A stretch of 64,000 bases of DNA from NCBI GenBank assembly GCA_020059915.1, contig JAGVBB010000002.1, forward strand, positions 62,129-126,128, read 5' to 3'. The notes beneath the pieces were generated by a model, which was not told where the DNA came from, did no database searches, and saw only the letters and a list, made by a program, of their open reading frames with translations. A program made the translations under genes and the position numbers. The DNA is from Minisyncoccota bacterium (GTDB taxonomy: Bacteria > Patescibacteriota > Minisyncoccia > UBA6257 > GWB1-50-10). This document shows, piece after piece, positions 56,715-64,000 of the stretch. Position 1 is the first letter of the stretch, and the number at the start of each line of letters is the position of its first letter.

Positions 56715-57058
56715 ATACTGTGCTCTGCAAGTTTACACTCTTTACACAACTTTGATTCGGGTCGTATAGAGAGAAGTTCATATGATATTTCTTTCCCACA
56801 CTGCTCACATATTCCATATGCTCCAGTAATTATCTTATCAAGCGCAATATCAATATCATGGATGGCGTCTTCCTCGATTTGTTCTACACCAAGGTAATTT
56901 GCGAACTCTTCTGTTTCGTCCCCCTCTTCTTCCAGGTCCTCAGATCCTCCCCCAAAGGTAGACTCCTTTTTTGCGTCTTTAAGGTGTGAAAGAATTTTTT
57001 TCTTCTCCTCTAGAAGTCTTATCTTTAATTCTTCCGTTTGTTCATTTGAAAAACTCAT
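56711..57058 (-). CDS. TraR/DksA C4-type zinc finger protein
   Basis: AL.KI..G.YGICEQCG.EI...LL...P...LCKEC. Confidence 0.88.
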   Translation of the reverse strand: MSFSNEQTEELKIRLLEEKKKILSHLKDAKKESTFGGGSEDLEEEGDETEEFANYLGVEQIEEDAIHDIDIALDKIITGAYGICEQCGKEISYELLSIRPESKLCKECKLAEHSI

Positions 57059-57095
57059 ATACTAAAAATACTTCGTCTTGTATTTGAATGCAAGT

Positions 57096-57830
57096 CTATT
57101 TGTTGATAATTCCCTCGATTATTAAAAACATCGGCGTATGGTGGAGTGTTCTATAAAATCCATTTTCATTAAATGTTTCAGGAAGCACACATTCTTCAAT
57201 ATTAGAAATAAATATATTGTGTGAAGAAAAAAGGTTTATGTAGTACTCAATAGGTCGATGGAAAACCGTGGTAGTGTGTGTTGTATCCAATATATTCCAC
57301 CCTATTTTCTTTTTACTCTTGTATTTTTTTAACAAAAACGAGGGATCTTGAAGGCATATTTTATCTTTTATTGATTTGTATATAGATCCACTGGTAAATA
57401 TTGGGTGTAATATCGAAACAATGAACAATCCATTTTTCTTTAATACACGAATAACCTCTTTTATTGCACGTTCTGGGTTTTCTAAATCCATAAAAACCAT
57501 ATTCGATACAACAATATCAAATGAATTATCTTCAAAGGGAAGTGCATCTTCTATATCACCAATAAAAAAATTAATATTCTTATTTTTTTTTGCAATAGCA
57601 ATGAGATTTTCCGATATATCTATTCCCGTTACATGTGCTCCTAATGTTGATAAAATCTCTGAAAAATATCCCTGCCCACAACCCAAATCAAGCACGGAAC
57701 GGTTTTTTATATTTTTAAAATATTTTAATAGTGCACTATCAAGAATATTTTTTCTAAAAAAATCACCGCGTACGATTTTTAAATCGTATTCCGCGGCGAT
57801 TCTATTCCACTCCCCACGCTTATCGCGCAT
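57096..57830 (-). CDS. Class I SAM-dependent methyltransferase
   Basis: VLDLGCGQG, GIDIS, LPFEDNSFDIV, RVLK.NG, HP.F. Confidence 0.88.
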   Translation of the reverse strand: MRDKRGEWNRIAAEYDLKIVRGDFFRKNILDSALLKYFKNIKNRSVLDLGCGQGYFSEILSTLGAHVTGIDISENLIAIAKKNKNINFFIGDIEDALPFEDNSFDIVVSNMVFMDLENPERAIKEVIRVLKKNGLFIVSILHPIFTSGSIYKSIKDKICLQDPSFLLKKYKSKKKIGWNILDTTHTTTVFHRPIEYYINLFSSHNIFISNIEECVLPETFNENGFYRTLHHTPMFLIIEGIINK

Positions 57831-57836
57831 AATTTC

Positions 57837-58931
57837 TTAAAAACCGAGTTTTTTTGCTGCGTCCTGTGCCCCTTGGTAGTTTGTGCTTATAAGTAATATA
57901 TTATCAAACCATGTATAACTAAGAGCATTTCCTTGTGTTGAAAATGGAATATACCGAGCACTCATGGTGCCAACTTTGCCATCTTTCCATGTTTGTTCTT
58001 TTCCTGGGTCAACCATGAACAACGAAAGCCATTCTGTGTTAGATTCAATTTTTTTCACCTCCTCTTTTGCTAGGGTTAAGGATTCATTTTTTGCTTTCAA
58101 TATCATTCCTGGCCACACTCCTTTTTGGTCTGTGTAGGTAAATAAGGTGAAATCTTCATCAAATAATTTTGAAGAGGATGAATTTATAACCGATGGAATG
58201 AATAACGTAGCGAGTTTTGAAATACCAAATATCATTCCATCAACATTTTTGAATATGGTCTCGCGGAACACTGGAACTTCCACGGTATTTCCCTTCCATG
58301 TTTCTTTTATTGCTTCAATTGTTTCTGTGTTCAGGGTTGCCTCTGAAGAAAAATCAGCGGGAACTTTAAATAATGATGTGTGTGTGCTTAGTCCAGTTGT
58401 TGGAGGAACTTCTATTGGTGAGGTATTTTCTGTCGTTGTTGCTCCTTCTGTATTATTCTGATTGTTGGTGTCTATGTTTTCATTAGTTACTACAGGAGCT
58501 GTTTCCTCTGTGATTGTTTCTGGTGTTGGTGTTCCCAAAATGAATTTTGGATACACATAAAAATATCCTATTGCTATGAGTCCCAACAATATTATGACAA
58601 CAGCGAGAATAACAAACATATTTCCACCCTTTTTTTGAGGAAGAGGAATAACGACGTCACCACTCGCCTGTGGCGGGGTTACCACGGCGTCTTTTGTGGT
58701 ATTCATTGGTGATGTGGATGCTTTGTTTTCTTGCTCGCCTACTTGTTGTGTTGGCGTATATGGATGTGGATCTCCGCCACCCATTTCTTTTATTGATGCT
58801 GTGTCGGAAGCCATAGTTCGCATTACAACATCATTTTGTGGTGCTGGAATAATCGGAGACTCACCCTCACCAGTTCCGATTACTGGTTTCTCCGACCACT
58901 GATTTTGATTCGGAAATTGATTATCTGCCAT
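57837..58931 (-). CDS. Single-pass membrane hypothetical protein
   Basis: Disordered N-terminus with MRTMASD, one TM helix, Thr-rich linker, globular C-terminus. Confidence 0.7.
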   Translation of the reverse strand: MADNQFPNQNQWSEKPVIGTGEGESPIIPAPQNDVVMRTMASDTASIKEMGGGDPHPYTPTQQVGEQENKASTSPMNTTKDAVVTPPQASGDVVIPLPQKKGGNMFVILAVVIILLGLIAIGYFYVYPKFILGTPTPETITEETAPVVTNENIDTNNQNNTEGATTTENTSPIEVPPTTGLSTHTSLFKVPADFSSEATLNTETIEAIKETWKGNTVEVPVFRETIFKNVDGMIFGISKLATLFIPSVINSSSSKLFDEDFTLFTYTDQKGVWPGMILKAKNESLTLAKEEVKKIESNTEWLSLFMVDPGKEQTWKDGKVGTMSARYIPFSTQGNALSYTWFDNILLISTNYQGAQDAAKKLGF

Positions 58932-58979
58932 TACCTAAAGTATAACAAATAACACACAACCCACAACCAAAGATAACAC

Positions 58980-59012
58980 AAAACCCCGTCTACCTTTGGT
59001 ATGACGGGGTTT
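58980..59012 (-). terminator. Terminator after pnp
   Basis: AAAACCCCGTC..GACGGGGTTT. Confidence 0.65.
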
Positions 59013-59025
59013 GGAGAATAAAAAA

Positions 59026-61083
59026 TTATTTTATTTGTAATCCTTTCATCGCTTTTATTGAAAGGCCAATTTTTCCCTCATCTGCGCGTATAACCTTTGC
59101 GGTTATTCGATCGCCGAGCTTAACCACGTCTTCCACTTTTTTTACAAATCCTTCTTTTAATTCAGAAACATGTATCATGCCATCTTGTCCCCCACCAAGA
59201 TCAACAATTGCTCCAAATTCTAATATGCGAACAATTGGACCTTCAATAATATCGCCAATTTTATACTCTTTTGTAAGTGAGGTTACCTCTTCCAGCCCCT
59301 TAAGGACGCCCGCGTGATCGGTTCCTGAAACATATACTGTTCCATCTTCATCAATATCAATTGATATTTTTCCGCCACATTTTTCAATAATTCCGTTTAT
59401 TGTTTTCCCACCTGGACCAATTACCATGCCGATTTTTTCTGGATTTATTTTATGTATCTTTATAAGCGGTGCATATGGAGATAACTCTTTTCTTGGCTCA
59501 CTTATAGAGGATTTAATAACTTCCAAGATTTGAAGCCTTGCCTTCTCTGCTGCATGTAATGCATTAATAAATATCTCTGGGTTGATTCCTCCTATTTTTA
59601 CGTCCATTTGTACAGCGGTAATCCCTTCGTCTGTTCCTGTTACTTTAAAGTCCATGTCTCCATAATGATCTTCTGGTCCTTGAATATCTGTGAGAATTTT
59701 ATATGCACCTTCGGTGCCCGTCATGAGACCGATTGCGATACCCGCAACTGGTTTTTTTATTGGTACACCCGCGTCCATAAGTGCTAACGTTGCCGCACAT
59801 GTTGATGCCATTGAGGATGATCCATTTGATGAAAGTGTTTCTGCAACTATACGAATGGTATATGGAAATTCCTCTTTTGGTGGTATCACTTGCTCTACTG
59901 CTTTTGCAGCAAGTGCGCCATGCCCAATTTCTCTTCGCCCCAAACTTCTTGCCCTTCCTACTTCCCCTGTTGAGAATTTAGGGAAATTATAATGGAGCAT
60001 AAAGCGTTTTTTGGTTGTTGCTTCCATTGTTTCAATAAGTTGTTCTTGTGCGGGTGATGCAAGCGTTGCAACAGCAAGCACTTGTGTTTCGCCACGAATA
60101 AAAAGCCCCGTTCCATGCATACGTGGAAGTATTCCTGTTCCCGCATATAAATCACGAATCTGATCAAATGCGCGACCATCAACACGCTTTCCTTCCTTTA
60201 ACGCAAGATCATGCACAAATGCATCTACTTCTGCTTCAAAAAGAAATTCTCCATATCTCAATACTTCGTCATTATGTTCAAGTGTTCTGAGATGTTCAAA
60301 CATTTCATATTTGAGTTGTTCAACGTTATGTGTGCTCAGCGCATCTTCTATTTTTCCACGAAGGAACGTACGAACTATATTTTTTGCTTCATTGCTTGGT
60401 TCTGGGATCATTACATCCGCTTTTTCTTTTCCAATTTCTTTTGCAATACCTTCTTGAAAGAGAACGAGTTTTTTAATTTCGTCGTGTGATTTCTCAAATA
60501 TGGATTGTAATGTTTCTTTTCCTACCTCTTTTCCAGAAAATTCTATCATGTTAATAAAATCTTTTGTTCCAGAAAAGAATGACATAAATGTTTTTTCATC
60601 CTGTCCCTCTTTTGATTCAACGCGTACACCAGCTACTGGACCCCCCCATGGAATATCTGAAATCATGAGCGCCACAGATGTTGTAAGAAGTCCTATTTCT
60701 TCTGGGTCATGAATTTCATCATATGTAAGTATAGTAATCGTTATTTGTACTTCTCTGCGAAGACGCTGATCAAACAATGGACGGATAGTTCTATCAATAA
60801 TACGTCCTGAGAGAATTGCGTCATCGGATGGCTTTCCCTCCCTTCTCATGAACCTACTTCCGAGTATTTTTCCGGAAGCATAAAAACGCTCTTCATAATC
60901 TACGGAAAGAGGAAAATAGTCGAGTTGGGTATCATTCTTTCCCATTACTGCTGTTACTAATACGGTTGTATCTCCCAAGCGACCGATTACTGCTGCATTT
61001 GCTTGTCCTGCGAGCCGAGACACCTCAATCGTCACGGGTGCACCACTAAGCGTTGTGGTAAATTGTTTTTTCTCTAAATTCAT
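59026..61083 (-). CDS. pnp: Polyribonucleotide nucleotidyltransferase
   Basis: FPLSVDYEE, RIIDRTIRPLF, RREIGHG, SNGSSSMAS, GDMDFKV, KH and S1 domains. Confidence 0.97.
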   Translation of the reverse strand: MNLEKKQFTTTLSGAPVTIEVSRLAGQANAAVIGRLGDTTVLVTAVMGKNDTQLDYFPLSVDYEERFYASGKILGSRFMRREGKPSDDAILSGRIIDRTIRPLFDQRLRREVQITITILTYDEIHDPEEIGLLTTSVALMISDIPWGGPVAGVRVESKEGQDEKTFMSFFSGTKDFINMIEFSGKEVGKETLQSIFEKSHDEIKKLVLFQEGIAKEIGKEKADVMIPEPSNEAKNIVRTFLRGKIEDALSTHNVEQLKYEMFEHLRTLEHNDEVLRYGEFLFEAEVDAFVHDLALKEGKRVDGRAFDQIRDLYAGTGILPRMHGTGLFIRGETQVLAVATLASPAQEQLIETMEATTKKRFMLHYNFPKFSTGEVGRARSLGRREIGHGALAAKAVEQVIPPKEEFPYTIRIVAETLSSNGSSSMASTCAATLALMDAGVPIKKPVAGIAIGLMTGTEGAYKILTDIQGPEDHYGDMDFKVTGTDEGITAVQMDVKIGGINPEIFINALHAAEKARLQILEVIKSSISEPRKELSPYAPLIKIHKINPEKIGMVIGPGGKTINGIIEKCGGKISIDIDEDGTVYVSGTDHAGVLKGLEEVTSLTKEYKIGDIIEGPIVRILEFGAIVDLGGGQDGMIHVSELKEGFVKKVEDVVKLGDRITAKVIRADEGKIGLSIKAMKGLQIK

Positions 61084-61108
61084 ATGTTAGTTAGAATACC
61101 TTGTTTTT

Positions 61109-61705
61109 TTATTTTTGTCTTCTTTTGGTTCTTTTTTGCTGATGTATAGGAAGGAGTATTTTTGGTATGTCCTCAAGTTCAATAATACGGTCGACAACCT
61201 CTTTTAGGTGCCCGGAGGTTGTTTTGGAAAATCCAGCTACCTCAACACGTTTTCCTAGACCAACTTGCAGATATTCAACAAGAGGAATGAAATCCCCATC
61301 ACCAGTAACTAGTATGATCACATCAAGGGAATGCGCGGTACGTATCGCATCAACTGCAATACCAACATCCCAATCCGCTTTTTTTGATCCATCAGAAAAT
61401 ATTTGTAAATCTTTTATTCGTAACTCAAAACCAGATTTTCTGAGAGCATCAAAAAATGAATCCTCTCCTGTTATAGGATCGCTCTTTGCAACGTATGCGA
61501 CAGCGCGTGCAAGTGTACGATTTCCTGTGAGGAATTTAATAAGTTCAGAAAAATTTACCCGAGAGCGGTATAAATGTTTTGCTGAATGATAAATATTCTG
61601 AGCATCAATAAAAATCCCGATTCTCTGGTGTGGGAATACGGGATGATTATTGGTATTACGCTTCAAGTTCGAGTTTTTTTGCGAGTTTGTCATACTCTTT
61701 TTCAT
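61109..61705 (-). CDS. NYN-domain (LabA/DUF88) predicted ribonuclease
   Basis: IFIDAQN, KADWDVGIAVDA, LVTGDGDFIPL, G..VEV; exact start uncertain. Confidence 0.9.
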   Translation of the reverse strand: MKKSMTNSQKNSNLKRNTNNHPVFPHQRIGIFIDAQNIYHSAKHLYRSRVNFSELIKFLTGNRTLARAVAYVAKSDPITGEDSFFDALRKSGFELRIKDLQIFSDGSKKADWDVGIAVDAIRTAHSLDVIILVTGDGDFIPLVEYLQVGLGKRVEVAGFSKTTSGHLKEVVDRIIELEDIPKILLPIHQQKRTKRRQK

Positions 61706-61922
61706 CTGTTCGCTTCAAATACTGGAGAAATCGGCGTCGTTTTCCGACCATCATAAGAAGACCACGGCGAGAGTGATTATCTTTTGGGTTTTTCTTTAGG
61801 TGATCTGCAAGTGCCTTAATTTGTTTAGTAAGGAGACCAACTTGCACCTTTGCGGAGCCAGTGTCGGTATCGTGTACTTGAAAATCTTTTATTGCTGATT
61901 GCTTTTTCCGCTTCGTAAGCAT
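61656..61922 (-). CDS. rpsO: 30S ribosomal protein S15
   Basis: HDTDTGS..VQV..LT..I..L..HL...KD.HSRRGL..MVGKRRR.L.YL. Confidence 0.98.
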   Translation of the reverse strand: MLTKRKKQSAIKDFQVHDTDTGSAKVQVGLLTKQIKALADHLKKNPKDNHSRRGLLMMVGKRRRFLQYLKRTDEKEYDKLAKKLELEA

Positions 61923-62026
61923 ATATGCGTGTATCTTACTATGAAAGGTGCTTTATGTCAATTTATCCATATATAGCTATCATTTGTGTCTTTTGTCGCA
62001 CAATATTTTGGGGTAGAATGATACTA

Positions 62027-62914
62027 ATGAACGAAGCAGAGCGAGTAGTTGGAGAATATCTTGATTATTTAGAGATTGAAAAAAATCGATCTCCAAAAAC
62101 ACGGGAAAACTATGGGCGATATCTTTTTCGATTTTTAAAAGATCAACAAATAAAAAAGATATTGGATATTACTGATACATCAGTGCGAAGTTTTCGTGTC
62201 CACTTATCGAGAGAAAATACTAAAAAAGTTACTCAAAGCTATTATGTAATTGCAATCAGGAATTTTTTAAAATATTGCATAAAACGAGGAATGAAAGTGC
62301 TTTCCCCAGAAACGATAGAGCTTCCAAAAATAGCACGCAGGGATATTGAGGTATTGGACTATAGTGAGTTAGAACGATTATTGAAGGCGCCAGAAGGAAA
62401 CTCCTTGCGCGCATTGAGAGATAGGGCAATTCTCGAGATGTTGTTTTCAACGGGATTGCGCGTTTCAGAGCTTTGTTCTTTGAATAGATATATTGATATT
62501 AACCGCGGAGAATTTTCTGTTAGAGGAAAAGGAGAAAAGTTGCGTGTAGTGTTTATCTCTGATTCTGCAAAAAAAAATTTAAAAGAATATCTTGATAAGC
62601 GTCCCGATGCAGAAGAAGCACTATTTATTTCTCTCTCAAAATCGGGAAATGTAACAGGGCGCATTATTCCTCGTGGGGTTCAACGATTAGTTGATTTTTA
62701 TGCACGAAAAGCAGGTATATCAAAAAAAGTACATCCACATCAATTACGGCATTCTTTTGCCACAGATTTACTTATTAATGGAGCAGATCTTCGATCGGTG
62801 CAGGAAATGTTGGGTCATGCAAATATTGCCACTACACAGGTATATACTCATCTTACCAATAAAGAACTTCATGAAGTTCATGAGGCATTTCATGGAAGAC
62901 GGAGAAAAAAATAA
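62027..62914 (+). CDS. XerC/XerD-type tyrosine recombinase (start revised to ATG 62027)
   Basis: RDRAILE.LFSTGLRVSEL, GKG.K.R, HPHQLRHSFAT.LL..GADLR.VQEMLGH....TTQVYTH. Confidence 0.93.
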   Translation: MNEAERVVGEYLDYLEIEKNRSPKTRENYGRYLFRFLKDQQIKKILDITDTSVRSFRVHLSRENTKKVTQSYYVIAIRNFLKYCIKRGMKVLSPETIELPKIARRDIEVLDYSELERLLKAPEGNSLRALRDRAILEMLFSTGLRVSELCSLNRYIDINRGEFSVRGKGEKLRVVFISDSAKKNLKEYLDKRPDAEEALFISLSKSGNVTGRIIPRGVQRLVDFYARKAGISKKVHPHQLRHSFATDLLINGADLRSVQEMLGHANIATTQVYTHLTNKELHEVHEAFHGRRRKK

Positions 62915-64000
62915 TTATTTTAGCCCAAATGTTACTGGCGCAATAGCAATGAATCCGATGCATATAATAGTAAAAAGAATAGCATAGGAAACAAATTGAT
63001 ATTTCTTTTCCAATCCACTGGTAAGTTTTACTATCCAGTATGCAGACAAACAAAAAGAGAAAATGAGAGCAGGAAAATAATGATATATAAACATATATCG
63101 TGGAATGAGAGCAAAGGGAAGTAATAATGCTATATAGCCCCCATATAGGTACATGATATTTTTATCAACCATTTTTTTGCGCATTCTCGTGATAGTAACA
63201 TAGAAAAGAGTTGTTATAACACTTAAAAATCCAATACCCCACAATGTTGGGTTTCCTATCATACACAGTGGTATGTTTTCTTTGTAACAAAACGAACCAA
63301 TCATAAATGGCCACTCAATCCATCTACTTTGTGCTGGATGGGTTGCCTGGATACTTGAATATCCTTGTGCAGACCATATAACCTCATGAAACAATAAATA
63401 TGTTTTTAGAGATATATTTTGTCCCAGAGAAAGATGTTCTGGTATTTTTGGTAGTTCTTGAGACACGTTGGCATTTACTGAATTCGTAAATGAATGCCAC
63501 TCTTTTGTTGGAAATGAAAACCACTGAATTCCTATCCAGAGAATTCCGAGTGTGAGCAATCCAATAGTAATAAATTTATAATTTTTCCAAAATCCAAATT
63601 TTTTGAAAAAGATAAATGGAAGAAAAATAATTCCCACGAGTTTTGTTGCGAGTGCACAACCCCACATGATTCCAGAAATAATCCCAGTGTCTTTGTATTT
63701 TAAAAATTGCCAGAGAGCAAGAAATGAAAAAGAAAGAAACACGCCATCAAGCAATATAAAACGCGTTTCTATAAGTAGTGAATTTTCAAGTGTTACAAAA
63801 AATGCAGAAAGAAGTGCAATTGTGTCATTCTTTGTGAGCTCGCGCATAAAAAGAAATACTGCGAGAACAAGAAGGACGCCAAAAAATGAACTAATAGCAC
63901 GAAGTGGTATGTATGGAAATGTAGTAAACGTCCTATTAATAAGTTCGTATTTTACTATGCCGTCTCTGGTGAGTTTTACAAATGGGGCATCTACTAATGA
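62915..64000 (-). CDS. Dolichyl-phosphate-mannose--protein mannosyltransferase (PMT/GT39 family), 5'-partial
   Basis: RFILLD, HP..S.W..WP, IGNP..W, R.MFIYHYFPAL; reading frame stays open from 63847 to the window edge. Confidence 0.85.
   Translation of the reverse strand, partial: SLVDAPFVKLTRDGIVKYELINRTFTTFPYIPLRAISSFFGVLLVLAVFLFMRELTKNDTIALLSAFFVTLENSLLIETRFILLDGVFLSFSFLALWQFLKYKDTGIISGIMWGCALATKLVGIIFLPFIFFKKFGFWKNYKFITIGLLTLGILWIGIQWFSFPTKEWHSFTNSVNANVSQELPKIPEHLSLGQNISLKTYLLFHEVIWSAQGYSSIQATHPAQSRWIEWPFMIGSFCYKENIPLCMIGNPTLWGIGFLSVITTLFYVTITRMRKKMVDKNIMYLYGGYIALLLPFALIPRYMFIYHYFPALIFSFCLSAYWIVKLTSGLEKKYQFVSYAILFTIICIGFIAIAPVTFGLK

Noticed and set aside
61925-62914. Tyrosine recombinase as a prophage or ICE integrase
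   Set aside because: The motifs are typical of housekeeping XerC/D and the neighbours are core genes. The 34-aa N-terminal extension in the ORF track is probably spurious.
1-64000. CRISPR array, rRNA genes, transposases
   Set aside because: No regularly spaced direct repeats, rRNA-like segments, or DDE/HUH transposase ORFs were seen.

Overview
AT-rich chromosomal segment from a Patescibacteria/CPR bacterium, most likely Parcubacteria. This is inferred from CPR-type T4SS pilin/VirB4/PrgI genes, an N-terminally short MurE, streamlined RnpA and Jag, and a membrane-anchored Clp ATPase. The window spans the replication origin (dnaN-oriC-dnaA / rpmH-rnpA-yidC-jag). It carries many core genes (trpS, ileS, argS, ssrA/smpB, infC-rpmI-rplT, murB, murE, ruvABC, holA, polA, tsaE, rsmA, comM, pnp, rpsO, rpsT, a Xer recombinase), tRNA-Arg(CCG), and a ~14 kb origin-proximal VirB4/PrgI/VirB6/pilin operon with no relaxase or coupling protein in view. 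Main points of interest: (1) two expression grammars, with core genes appearing leaderless while six solitary orphan genes share a -35/-10 promoter, a CATTA motif and a Shine-Dalgarno; (2) a ~200-nt structured ncRNA (6S-like) with its own promoter and terminator between pilB and ruvB; (3) an IleRS2 with a GIHH signature and an inserted histidine-phosphatase domain; (4) a membrane-anchored ClpA/B-type ATPase with a degenerate first Walker B, near a ClpP-like pseudo-protease; (5) a pilin fused to an M15-type peptidase; (6) a standalone 47-aa acidic protein; (7) a hairpin-rich intergenic region beside an Nmad-like gene. No CRISPR array, rRNA, transposase or prophage was seen. All calls come from motif recognition by eye; no database searches were run.
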